Below the pieces are notes generated by a model. It was given only the letters and a program-made list of their open reading frames with translations. It had not been told where the DNA came from and did no database searches. A stretch of 64,000 nt of DNA from NCBI GenBank assembly GCA_946410665.1, contig CAMKBC010000001.1:13028-77027 (forward strand). Reading direction: 5' to 3'. Origin of the DNA: an uncultured Clostridia bacterium. GTDB taxonomy: Bacteria > Bacillota > Clostridia > TANB77 > CAG-508. Within the stretch, counting starts at the first letter, position 1. Each line of letters begins with the position of its first letter. Both the position numbers and the translations under genes were made by a program. This document shows, in pieces, positions 38,144 to 46,761 of the stretch.

Positions 38144-40609
38144 TTGGTAGAACTTCTCGCTCCTGTTGGAGACTTTGAATGTTTAAAAGCTGCAGTTCAA
38201 AATGGTGCTGACGCCGTTTATTTCGGTGGCGGCAATTTTAATGCTAGGGCTTCTGCTCACAACTTTGATAACGACGAATTAAAAGAAGCAATTAGATACG
38301 CAAAGTTAAGAAATGTAAAAATTAATTTTACACTAAATACTTTGCTAAAAAATGAAGAATTTGATGCAGCCATAGAATTAGCAAAACGCATATACGAACT
38401 TGGATGTGATGCAGTAATAGTGCAAGATTTAGGTCTTGCCAAATATATTATAAAGAATTTACCAGGTATGGATGTTCATGCTTCTACTCAAATGACTATT
38501 CATAACTTGCATGGTGTTAATGAACTTGAAAGACTTGGTTTTAAAAGAGTTGTTCTTTCTCGTGAATTGCCTATGCATGAGATTGAATATATTTGTTCAC
38601 ACACAAAATTAGAAGTTGAAACATTTATACATGGTGCACTTTGCATTTCATATTCTGGCCAATGCTTGTTCTCAAGCTCAGTTGGTGCTCGTTCTGGAAA
38701 TCGTGGTAAATGTGCTCAACCTTGTAGATTACCTTATGACTTGCTTGAGTATAAGAATTCAACATATAACAATAATGCATTAAATGACAAACAATTTTAT
38801 GATGCTAAAAATTATAAAAAAGTTGATAGCGGCTATATACTTAGTCCTAGAGATTTATGTGGATTAAATTACATTCCTCAATTAATTAGAGCTGGTGTTA
38901 AATGCTTTAAAATTGAAGGACGTATGAAACCACCAGAATACGTTGCAACAGTTACTAGAATTTATAGAAAATACATAGACCTTGCTCTATCTGGTAAAGA
39001 ATACGTTGTTGATAAAGAAGATATTAAAGCATTAATGCAAGTATTCAATCGTGGAAATTTTTCAGACGGAAACTTTAGCGATGATCCAAATAGAAATTAT
39101 ATTTATAAAGATAAACCTAATAATCAAGGTTTAATGCTTGGTGTTATTTCTTCTGTTAATGCTAAGCGAGGCTTAATAACATTAAAATTAAAAGAAAACA
39201 TTTCAATTGGTGATAAACTTTCAACTGAGAAAGAAGATTCCACAAAATACACAGTTTCAGAGTTGATGATCAATAAAGAAAATCTTAAAACTGCTGAAAA
39301 AGGCTCAATTGTTACTATTGGAAGATTAAAAGGAAATATAAAACCTGGAGATGCTGTTTATAAAATTTCAGACAATGCCTTATCTGAAAAAATAGAAAAC
39401 TCATTAAAGATTGAAAACAAAAAGATTTACTTATATGGTGAAGCTACAATTAAAATTGGTCAGCCTATTTCATTTGAGGTTACAACTAAAGATGAATATG
39501 GTACTTTCTTCTCTATGTCTTCAAAGAAAACATTAGACGATATTATTCCTGATGAAGCTCTAAATAGACCTTTAACTATAGATAGAGTTAGAGAACAATT
39601 ATCAAAAACAAAAGATACTCAATTCGAGTTTAAATTTATAAAAGTTATTTTAGATGATAATGTACATTTACCTAAATTAGCTGCTTTGAACGAATTAAGA
39701 CGTCAATGTATTAAAGATATTGAAGAACAAGCAATTAAAAGATTTGAAAGAGAATTACCTAAACAAGACAACTTAGGTTTGTTACCAAAAAATGGTATTC
39801 AAAGCACGCAAACTTCGGTTATGTTTCATCAATTAAATCCAACTTTTGATTATAGTTCTCTTGAAAATTTTGACTACGCATATGTTCCTTTCTATTATAT
39901 GAAAGACTCTAAATATGAAGAAGCCATTAAACAAATTTCTTCTAAAGCTAAGCTTATAGCTGCAATGCCAGTAGTCTTAAAAGATAACTACAGAAATGTT
40001 TTATTCTTAAATCTACCTGATATTTTAAAGAAATTCAAAGTTAAAGGATTACTTGTAACTAATTTAAGTTGTATCGATTTCTTTAAAGACTATCAAAATA
40101 AATTGGAAATAATTGCCAATTATAATTTAAACATTTATAACGATCATACTATAAACATTTTAAAGAATGCTGGAGTAACTAGAGTCACTCTATCTCCAGA
40201 ATTAGATGAACAAACTCTTAAAGATTTATCAGACCATTCTCCTCTACCTACTGAATTAATGGTATATGGAAGATTGCCTTTGATGAACTCAGGATATTGT
40301 TTACTTGGAAAATCAAATAGATGTTATCCAGAATGTGATATGAAATGTAGAAATGGAAATAAATATTTTATTAAAGATCGATTAGGATTCTACTTTAGAA
40401 TTATTCCTGATAATTTACAAACAATCACAACAATATATAATAGTAAAATTACTTCTATTGGATATTCAGGTATTAAGCCAAATGTGGCACGCGTTTCAAT
40501 AATAGATGAAACAATTGATCAGATTAATGATATTATAAGACATGTAAAATCAGATGAAATCTTTGCAGGACCAGAATTCACAAAAGGCAACTTAGATAAG
40601 TTTGTATAA
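38144..40609 (+). CDS. Peptidase U32 family protein (long, collagenase-like / RNA-hydroxylation family)
   Basis: ELLAPVGD and ETFIHGALCISYSGQCLFSS signatures. TTG start sits 5 nt after AAGGAGG. Confidence 0.85.
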   Translation: MVELLAPVGDFECLKAAVQNGADAVYFGGGNFNARASAHNFDNDELKEAIRYAKLRNVKINFTLNTLLKNEEFDAAIELAKRIYELGCDAVIVQDLGLAKYIIKNLPGMDVHASTQMTIHNLHGVNELERLGFKRVVLSRELPMHEIEYICSHTKLEVETFIHGALCISYSGQCLFSSSVGARSGNRGKCAQPCRLPYDLLEYKNSTYNNNALNDKQFYDAKNYKKVDSGYILSPRDLCGLNYIPQLIRAGVKCFKIEGRMKPPEYVATVTRIYRKYIDLALSGKEYVVDKEDIKALMQVFNRGNFSDGNFSDDPNRNYIYKDKPNNQGLMLGVISSVNAKRGLITLKLKENISIGDKLSTEKEDSTKYTVSELMINKENLKTAEKGSIVTIGRLKGNIKPGDAVYKISDNALSEKIENSLKIENKKIYLYGEATIKIGQPISFEVTTKDEYGTFFSMSSKKTLDDIIPDEALNRPLTIDRVREQLSKTKDTQFEFKFIKVILDDNVHLPKLAALNELRRQCIKDIEEQAIKRFERELPKQDNLGLLPKNGIQSTQTSVMFHQLNPTFDYSSLENFDYAYVPFYYMKDSKYEEAIKQISSKAKLIAAMPVVLKDNYRNVLFLNLPDILKKFKVKGLLVTNLSCIDFFKDYQNKLEIIANYNLNIYNDHTINILKNAGVTRVTLSPELDEQTLKDLSDHSPLPTELMVYGRLPLMNSGYCLLGKSNRCYPECDMKCRNGNKYFIKDRLGFYFRIIPDNLQTITTIYNSKITSIGYSGIKPNVARVSIIDETIDQINDIIRHVKSDEIFAGPEFTKGNLDKFV

Positions 40610-40627
40610 AACTAAATAGCAAAACAA

Positions 40628-40653
40628 AAGACGAGGAATTAATTCCTCGTCTT
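40628..40653. terminator. Bidirectional terminator between the U32 gene and rpmA
   Basis: Perfect palindrome AAGACGAGGAATT/AATTCCTCGTCTT. Confidence 0.7.
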
Positions 40654-40669
40654 TATAATTTTAATTTAA

Positions 40670-40996
40670 TTAAGCTTCAACTTTTTCAGCTTTTTTAGCT
40701 GTTGTTTTCTTTGCAGCAGTTTTCTTTGCTGGTTTAGCTTCCTCTACAGGATATACACTAATTTTCTTTTTATCTCTTCCAAGTCTTTCAACTTTCATTG
40801 TTCCTGTAATTAATGCATATAATGTGTCATCGCTTCCGATTCCAACATTTGTTCCAGGATGCATTTTTGTTCCTCTTTGTCTAAAAAGAATATTTCCAGC
40901 TTGAACTAATTGTCCATCTGCTCTTTTCATACCAAGTCTCTTGCTCTCACTATCACGTCCGTTATCGGTACTACCTTGACCTTTATGATGTGCCAT
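40670..40996 (-). CDS. rpmA: 50S ribosomal protein L27 (no N-terminal propeptide; K/A-rich C-terminal extension)
   Basis: [22 protein letters not shown]...[11 protein letters not shown]. Confidence 0.95.
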   Translation of the reverse strand: MAHHKGQGSTDNGRDSESKRLGMKRADGQLVQAGNILFRQRGTKMHPGTNVGIGSDDTLYALITGTMKVERLGRDKKKISVYPVEEAKPAKKTAAKKTTAKKAEKVEA

Positions 40997-41070
40997 AAGT
41001 TCTCACTCTCCTTTACAATTTAATTTAATTCAATTTGAATTATAGATTTTAAAATTTTAGTTTCTACAGA

Positions 41071-41382
41071 TTAACCAACGATTGATTTGATTTCAACCTT
41101 TGTATATGGTTGTCTGTGTCCTTGAGTTCTTCTGTAGTTTTTCTTTGCTTTATATTTGTAAACTAAAATCTTGTTTCCTTTTCCGTGAGCAACTACAGTA
41201 CCTTCAACCTTTGCACCTTTTACATAAGGTGTTCCAATTTTAACATCTTTTCCGTCTGAAACTAATACAACATTATCAAATGATACTGATTTTCCTTCTT
41301 CAGCGTCTAATTTTTCAAAGAAAACTACGTCGCCTTCAGAAACTTTGTATTGTTTTCCACAACTATCGATGATTGCGTACAT
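41071..41382 (-). CDS. rplU: 50S ribosomal protein L21
   Basis: [18 protein letters not shown]...[15 protein letters not shown]. Confidence 0.95.
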   Translation of the reverse strand: MYAIIDSCGKQYKVSEGDVVFFEKLDAEEGKSVSFDNVVLVSDGKDVKIGTPYVKGAKVEGTVVAHGKGNKILVYKYKAKKNYRRTQGHRQPYTKVEIKSIVG

Positions 41383-41516
41383 GGGGTATGATCCTCCTTT
41401 TTCTAATACTCGCTAAGCTTGAAATACAAGGCATCTAGTATAAAACTAGAATTTAGTGGCCCGACCTAGGCGGTTTACACTCGACTATTATACAACAATT
41501 TTGCCTATCAAGTCAA
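41383..41516 (-). promoter_or_regulatory. rplU promoter plus structured 5' leader (L21-leader-like)
   Basis: On the minus strand: TTGACT (41516-41511), 18-nt spacer, TATAAT (41492-41487). A leader of about 95 nt follows, containing a GC-rich segment CCGCCTAGGTCGGGCC and the hairpin CTAGTTTTATACTAG. Confidence 0.45.
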
Positions 41517-41542
41517 CATTTTTCCGTAATTTTCTTACTTGC

Positions 41543-41573
41543 ATAAAAAGAGCGAGGGATATTCATCCCCCGC
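41543..41573 (-). terminator. GC-rich intrinsic terminator of the island gene
   Basis: On the minus strand: GCGGGGGAT-GAAT-ATCCCTCGC (one G-U pair), then TCTTTTTA. Confidence 0.7.
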
Positions 41574-41589
41574 CCCAAACATCATGAAA

Positions 41590-42084
41590 CTATTCTTCCA
41601 CAGGTCCATCATAAATTCCATACTGTCTCTCAAGGTCTTTAACAATCGCCTTCAAAAACATTTCTCTGGTGCCTCTAGACTGATCAGGCATTTCCGTCAA
41701 CATGTAACCTAGTGCCATTTTCTCAGCAGAGTTTGTTATAATACCCGCATTTTTGAGTTTATTTTGCACCATTCTTACATTATGAATAAACTGCCATGAA
41801 CTAGAATCTGCAGGATTATAATACTCCTTTGCATACCGTGCTAGAAGATATATAAAAGAGTTATAGTTCTCCTTATTCAGTGCTTGTCTAGCTCTCCATG
41901 ATAATCCTTCATGGTTTCCTGGAAAATACCAGACAAAATCATACTCATCTGACTCTCCATCCATTTGTTCTTTGACCTCGTTCACCTTTGGAATTTGCAT
42001 GTTTAGCGGATGTGAACATGGTCGCATATACAACTGTTCTTTTCCACCTTTTTTCCGTTTCATCATAATAGCTTCTGTACCCAT
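41590..42084 (-). CDS. Hypothetical 164-aa protein in a GC-richer, stand-alone transcription unit
   Basis: ORF with AAGGAGG RBS, its own promoter (42140-42168) and terminator. About 42% G+C in a 120-nt sample versus about 29% in adjacent ftsH. It contains two CGG codons. Confidence 0.65.
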   Translation of the reverse strand: MGTEAIMMKRKKGGKEQLYMRPCSHPLNMQIPKVNEVKEQMDGESDEYDFVWYFPGNHEGLSWRARQALNKENYNSFIYLLARYAKEYYNPADSSSWQFIHNVRMVQNKLKNAGIITNSAEKMALGYMLTEMPDQSRGTREMFLKAIVKDLERQYGIYDGPVEE

Positions 42085-42139
42085 TGTTGCTTTCCTCCTT
42101 GTTGTAATGATGTTTTAAATTTGTTCAAAGACATATTCT

Positions 42140-42168
42140 ATTTTAACATATTTTTCCATTTTTATCAA
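42140..42168 (-). promoter_or_regulatory. Sigma-A-like promoter of the island gene
   Basis: On the minus strand: TTGATA (42168-42163), 17-nt spacer ending in TGT, then TAAAAT (42145-42140). Confidence 0.45.
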
Positions 42169-42172
42169 GGCG

Positions 42173-42214
42173 TTAAAAAAATCGCATCTCACAGACTAAC
42201 TGTGCAATGCGACT
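42173..42214 (-). terminator. Intrinsic terminator after ftsH
   Basis: Stem TCGCATTGCACA/TGTGAGATGCGA (two internal mismatches), followed by TTTTTTT on the minus strand. Confidence 0.6.
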
Positions 42215-42230
42215 TGTATGGTTTTATTAT

Positions 42231-44168
42231 TTAGATTTCTTCAAATATCGAATTAAATTCTTCTTCGCTTATCTTCTCTTTTTCTAATAATAAAGAAGCA
42301 ACTATATCAAGTTTATCTCTGTGCTCATTTAAGATTGATTGAGCTTGAGCATAAGCAGTATCAAGAAGTTTTCTAATTTCATTTCCAATTTCATTTTCGA
42401 TGTTTTCACCTAATAGTTGTAAATGTTCATATGGCTTGTCATCTAAGTTTAATGACATAGGACCAACATTTTCATTCATACCATATTTAGTAATCATATC
42501 TCTAGCTATTCCCATTGCTACTTCTAGGTCATTGCTTGCACCTGTTGAAATATCATTCATGGCAATCTTTTCGCCAGCTCTTCCACCCATTAATGAAATA
42601 AGTTTCTCTAGCATTTCTGTCTTAGAAATATACCACTTATCTTCATTTTGTCTGTACATTGTGTATCCGCCAGCAACTCCACGAGGAATAATTGAAACTT
42701 CCTTAACATTGTTTTGTGTTGGTAAATATCTACTAACTACAGCATGTCCTGCTTCGTGATAAGCTGTTAATTTCTTATCATTTTCAGAAACAACTCTATC
42801 TTTCTTTTCTAGACCAACTGTAACTTTCTTTACAGCATCATCTATATCTTGGTTATCAATTCCTTTATGATTTCTGTTAGCAGCTAAAATTGCAGCTTCA
42901 TTTAAGATATTAGCAAGTTCTGCTCCGCTAAATCCTGCTGTATCTTCAGCAATTGATTTAAAGTTAACATCTTTTGCGACTTTCTTATTCTTAGCATGTA
43001 ATTTTAATATTGCTTCCCTATCAGTTACATCAGGTAATCCGATTGTGATTGTTCTATCAAATCTTCCTGGTCTTAATAATGCTTCATCAAGCATTTCAGG
43101 TCTGTTTGTTGCAGCAATAACAATGATTGATTGATCAGTATCAAAACCATCCATCTTAACAAGTAATTGATTTAATGTTTGGTTATTTTCTGTATCAGCT
43201 CCATTTGTACTTGCCCTTCTTGCACCAATAGCATCAATCTCATCTATAAAAATGATACATGGTGAAATCTTTTCAGCTTTTTCAAATAGTTTTCTAACTC
43301 TTGATGCACCAAGTCCTGCAAACATTTCAACAAATTCTGATCCATTCATGTTTATAAAAGGAACATTTGCTTCACCTGCAATTGCTTTAGCAATTAATGT
43401 TTTACCTGTTCCTGGTTTTCCACAAAGTAGAACTCCCTTTGGAACTCTTGCACCCATTGAAGAATATTTCTTAGGATTCTTTAAGAAATCAATAATTTCT
43501 TTCATCTCTCCTTTTTCTTCTTTAAGTCCTGCTACATCATCAAGTGATAATTTATCATGATCGATATCTGGATCATATACTTTTCCTTTTTCACCTAATC
43601 CTTGCATTTGGAATAATAGTACTACCATAGCAATTAAAACAAGTGTTGGTAAGTATCTTAAAACTGTTTCCATGATGCTCATTACAACTGGCTCTTTATT
43701 TTGAATCAAGTATATATCATTATCTTTGTTATCATCTTGAATTTTTTCTTGAATTAACTCAACAAATGCTTGATTGCTTGGAACCATTGCTGTCTTAACA
43801 TATTTCTCTTTTTCTTCCTCTGTTAATTCTGGTTCTTTTTCTCCTTCTGGTAATTCTTTAACACCATTTGCTAGTTCATCTTCATTTTTATATGTTACTT
43901 TGACTGTTTTTGATTCTTCAGTCATTTCAATCTTTTTAACTTTTCCAGCATCAATATCTTCGATTAATTTTGTATATGCTATTGTTGCCTTCTCTGCTTT
44001 TTCATTCTTATTGCTAAAGAACTTATATCCAAAGAATCCACCAACTCCAAGACATGCTAACAAAACAATTGTAATTATAATTTTCTTGATTTGTTTCTTT
44101 TTTCTTTTATTGTTCTTTTTCTTCTTATCTTGAGAATTATTTTTGTTTAATTCTTCATTTTCAGACAT
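42231..44168 (-). CDS. ftsH: ATP-dependent zinc metalloprotease FtsH
   Basis: Walker A GKPGTGKT, Walker B IIFIDEIDA, SRH region, and Zn motif HEAGHAV. Confidence 0.96.
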   Translation of the reverse strand: MSENEELNKNNSQDKKKKNNKRKKKQIKKIIITIVLLACLGVGGFFGYKFFSNKNEKAEKATIAYTKLIEDIDAGKVKKIEMTEESKTVKVTYKNEDELANGVKELPEGEKEPELTEEEKEKYVKTAMVPSNQAFVELIQEKIQDDNKDNDIYLIQNKEPVVMSIMETVLRYLPTLVLIAMVVLLFQMQGLGEKGKVYDPDIDHDKLSLDDVAGLKEEKGEMKEIIDFLKNPKKYSSMGARVPKGVLLCGKPGTGKTLIAKAIAGEANVPFINMNGSEFVEMFAGLGASRVRKLFEKAEKISPCIIFIDEIDAIGARRASTNGADTENNQTLNQLLVKMDGFDTDQSIIVIAATNRPEMLDEALLRPGRFDRTITIGLPDVTDREAILKLHAKNKKVAKDVNFKSIAEDTAGFSGAELANILNEAAILAANRNHKGIDNQDIDDAVKKVTVGLEKKDRVVSENDKKLTAYHEAGHAVVSRYLPTQNNVKEVSIIPRGVAGGYTMYRQNEDKWYISKTEMLEKLISLMGGRAGEKIAMNDISTGASNDLEVAMGIARDMITKYGMNENVGPMSLNLDDKPYEHLQLLGENIENEIGNEIRKLLDTAYAQAQSILNEHRDKLDIVASLLLEKEKISEEEFNSIFEEI

Positions 44169-44196
44169 GATGTAACTCCTTTAATTTATGCTCTCT

Positions 44197-45279
44197 TTAT
44201 TTTTCTTCTTCTGAATCTTTTTCGTCTTCTTCATCTTCATCAGAATCATCTTCTGAACTGTCTACTGTTACTTCAACATTACTGCTACCTGTTTCAGCAG
44301 CTACTTTTTCTTCTTTCTTTGTTTTTGTTTTAATGTAATTTGATCTTAGTATTAAGATTGCAGCTCCTAAATAGATGTATGTTAATATTGCATATAACAC
44401 ATCAAATTTTGCAATTACAAATCCTGTAAAGATGTTTATAATCATATATGCGCATAATAAAATTGTTGGTAACGCTGATGATGCAATTGCCATATTAAAT
44501 ACTGAGCCAAACTTAAATGGTAATCTAAGTATCTTTGCAAAAATATATCCTAATAATGATAGTGCCAAAATATTAATTATTGAAATTAATACTAATGATA
44601 AGAACAATAATAAGAATAAGTATAATGCTAAGTTTCCAATTGTTTTTCTCATTGTTTCTTCATTAAACATTTTTAAAATATATTCTTTATCAACTTTTTG
44701 TTCTTCTTTATTCTCAGTAGTAGCATTGTCTGCAACATTTTCTGCTACATTCTCTGTAGCATTTTCTACTGCATTTACTGTTTCATTAGTTGTTGTATTT
44801 GTTGTTTTGTTTTCCTTAAACATATCAGCAAATTTATATTCTGTTGTTACTGTTCCTGGTATTTTGAATACTAATGAATTTTTTGTGAATATCATGTAAA
44901 CAGCACTATTTTGATTTGCTTCTTCTATGTATTTCTTATTTTCAGTATTGTTATCAAAAATAACTACTGTATTAAAATATTCTGTATTCTTATAAATTAA
45001 TGGCTCTTCAATTTCCATGCAGAAGCCTTCTTTTGATATGGTAAAATTTGGTAGGTTTTCTTTAGCAAATTTGTACGCATAATCATATGCATTGTTTAAT
45101 CTTAGTATTACTGCTCCTGTTAAAATAAGAGCTACTAAAACTATTATTTCAAATAAAAACAATAACATCTTTCTTGTTTTTTGTTGCATAATTTCATAAT
45201 ACTTATCAAATTGAAAGATTGAAACTTTTAAAGTATTAAAAAAACTATAACTTGTCACTACTTTTTCTTCACTTTTCAC
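44197..45279 (-). CDS. Polytopic membrane protein with an acidic tail (possibly DUF1189-like)
   Basis: GTG start after AAGGGG. The N-terminal FFNTLKVSIFQFDKYYEI followed by TM helices resembles DUF1189-type proteins; the family call is weak. Confidence 0.55.
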   Translation of the reverse strand: MKSEEKVVTSYSFFNTLKVSIFQFDKYYEIMQQKTRKMLLFLFEIIVLVALILTGAVILRLNNAYDYAYKFAKENLPNFTISKEGFCMEIEEPLIYKNTEYFNTVVIFDNNTENKKYIEEANQNSAVYMIFTKNSLVFKIPGTVTTEYKFADMFKENKTTNTTTNETVNAVENATENVAENVADNATTENKEEQKVDKEYILKMFNEETMRKTIGNLALYLFLLLFLSLVLISIINILALSLLGYIFAKILRLPFKFGSVFNMAIASSALPTILLCAYMIINIFTGFVIAKFDVLYAILTYIYLGAAILILRSNYIKTKTKKEEKVAAETGSSNVEVTVDSSEDDSDEDEEDEKDSEEEK

Positions 45280-45298
45280 TTTTAATTACCCCTTATAT

Positions 45299-46699
45299 TT
45301 ATATTTTTTCGATTTGTACTTCTCCGCCTGCGCTATCCTTAATTGAGTATCCTTTAGAATTAATTAAATCTCTTAATTCGTCTGCTTTGGCATAATCTTT
45401 ATTTGCTTTAGCATTTTTTCTTTCTTCTACTAAGTCAAGAATTTCTTGTGGAACTTCTAGCTTTTCATTTAAATAATTCTCACTATTTTCTAAATCTAAT
45501 CCAAGTACTTGATCAAACTTTAATATTAGATCAGCTAATTGTTTTGATTTCTTTTCATTCTTGATGATTTCCCATACAACACTCATTGCTGCTGGCATAT
45601 TTAGATCATCATTAATTGCTTTATTAAATCTTAGTTCATAATCTTTGATTGTATCTTCATCAATTAATTCGTTTGCATCTCTATGTGCAAGATATCCTCT
45701 TCTTAATCTATTTAAAGCAGTCTTTGCAGCTTGTAATCCGTCAAACGTAAAGTTTAATTGAATTCTATAACTTGAAGTGTAATTAAATAATTTGAATGCA
45801 AGTGGTTCATATCCTTTTTCTGCTAATTCAGAAATTGTATAAATGTTTCCTAATGATTTAGACATCTTTCCGCCATCTACTAGTAAGAATTCAACATGCA
45901 TCCAGAAGTTGGCTGGGTTATGTCCGAACGAACCAATATCTTGTGCAATTTCATTCTCATGATGGATTGGAATATGATCAACTCCACCTGTGTGAATATC
46001 AAATTTCTCGCCAAGGAATCTTCTACCCATTACAGAACATTCTAGATGCCATCCTGGATATGAAACTCCCCAAGGCGAATCCCATTTCATAATATGATTT
46101 TCTGGAGCTTTAATCCAAATTGCAAAATCTTGTGGATTTCTCTTTTCTGGATCAACTTCAATTCTTGCTCCCGCTTCCTGTCCTTCAATAACATTGTTTG
46201 ATAAAACAGGATATTGTTTTAATTTAGAAACGTCGAAATATATTCCTTTGCTTGTTTCATATGCATAGCCGTTATCTATAATTTCTTTAACCATTTCAAT
46301 CATTTGTGGAATATTGTCTGTTGCTTTTGTTATGGTTGTTGGTCTTTGTAAATTTAATCTGTCATAATCAACTAAGAATGCATCTGTATAAAACTTCGCA
46401 ATTTCATATGGATCTTTGCCTTCTTTACGAGCGGCCTTTTCCATTTTATCTTCGCCTGTATCGGCATCAGATGTTAAGTGTCCAACATCGGTAAGATTCA
46501 TAACGCTATTAACTTTATATCCGTTATATTTTAGAACTCTTCTTAGTGTGTCGCTAAAAATGTAAGCTCTAAAATTTCCGATGTGTGCATAGCTGTAGAC
46601 TGTTGGTCCACAGCTATACATTTTTACTTCATCTTTATCTACAGGAATAAATTTTTCAACTTTTCTACCAAGTGTGTTGTATAAAAATAAGTCTTCCAA
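45299..46699 (-). CDS. cysS: Cysteinyl-tRNA synthetase
   Basis: CGPTVYSYAHIGN (HIGH) and GKMSKSLGN (KMSKS). TTG start sits 7 nt after AAGGAG. No T-box in the 62-nt upstream gap. Confidence 0.95.
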   Translation of the reverse strand: MEDLFLYNTLGRKVEKFIPVDKDEVKMYSCGPTVYSYAHIGNFRAYIFSDTLRRVLKYNGYKVNSVMNLTDVGHLTSDADTGEDKMEKAARKEGKDPYEIAKFYTDAFLVDYDRLNLQRPTTITKATDNIPQMIEMVKEIIDNGYAYETSKGIYFDVSKLKQYPVLSNNVIEGQEAGARIEVDPEKRNPQDFAIWIKAPENHIMKWDSPWGVSYPGWHLECSVMGRRFLGEKFDIHTGGVDHIPIHHENEIAQDIGSFGHNPANFWMHVEFLLVDGGKMSKSLGNIYTISELAEKGYEPLAFKLFNYTSSYRIQLNFTFDGLQAAKTALNRLRRGYLAHRDANELIDEDTIKDYELRFNKAINDDLNMPAAMSVVWEIIKNEKKSKQLADLILKFDQVLGLDLENSENYLNEKLEVPQEILDLVEERKNAKANKDYAKADELRDLINSKGYSIKDSAGGEVQIEKI

Positions 46700-46761
46700 T
46701 TTATTTCTCCTTTATTCTATTTTCAACTTTGTGAAAAACATCTGAGATGTCTTCCAACACC

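Noticed and set aside
44375-44899. 174-aa plus-strand ORF antisense to the DUF1189-like membrane protein gene
   Set aside because: Typical shadow ORF of an AT-rich gene. It has no RBS and a low-complexity translation.
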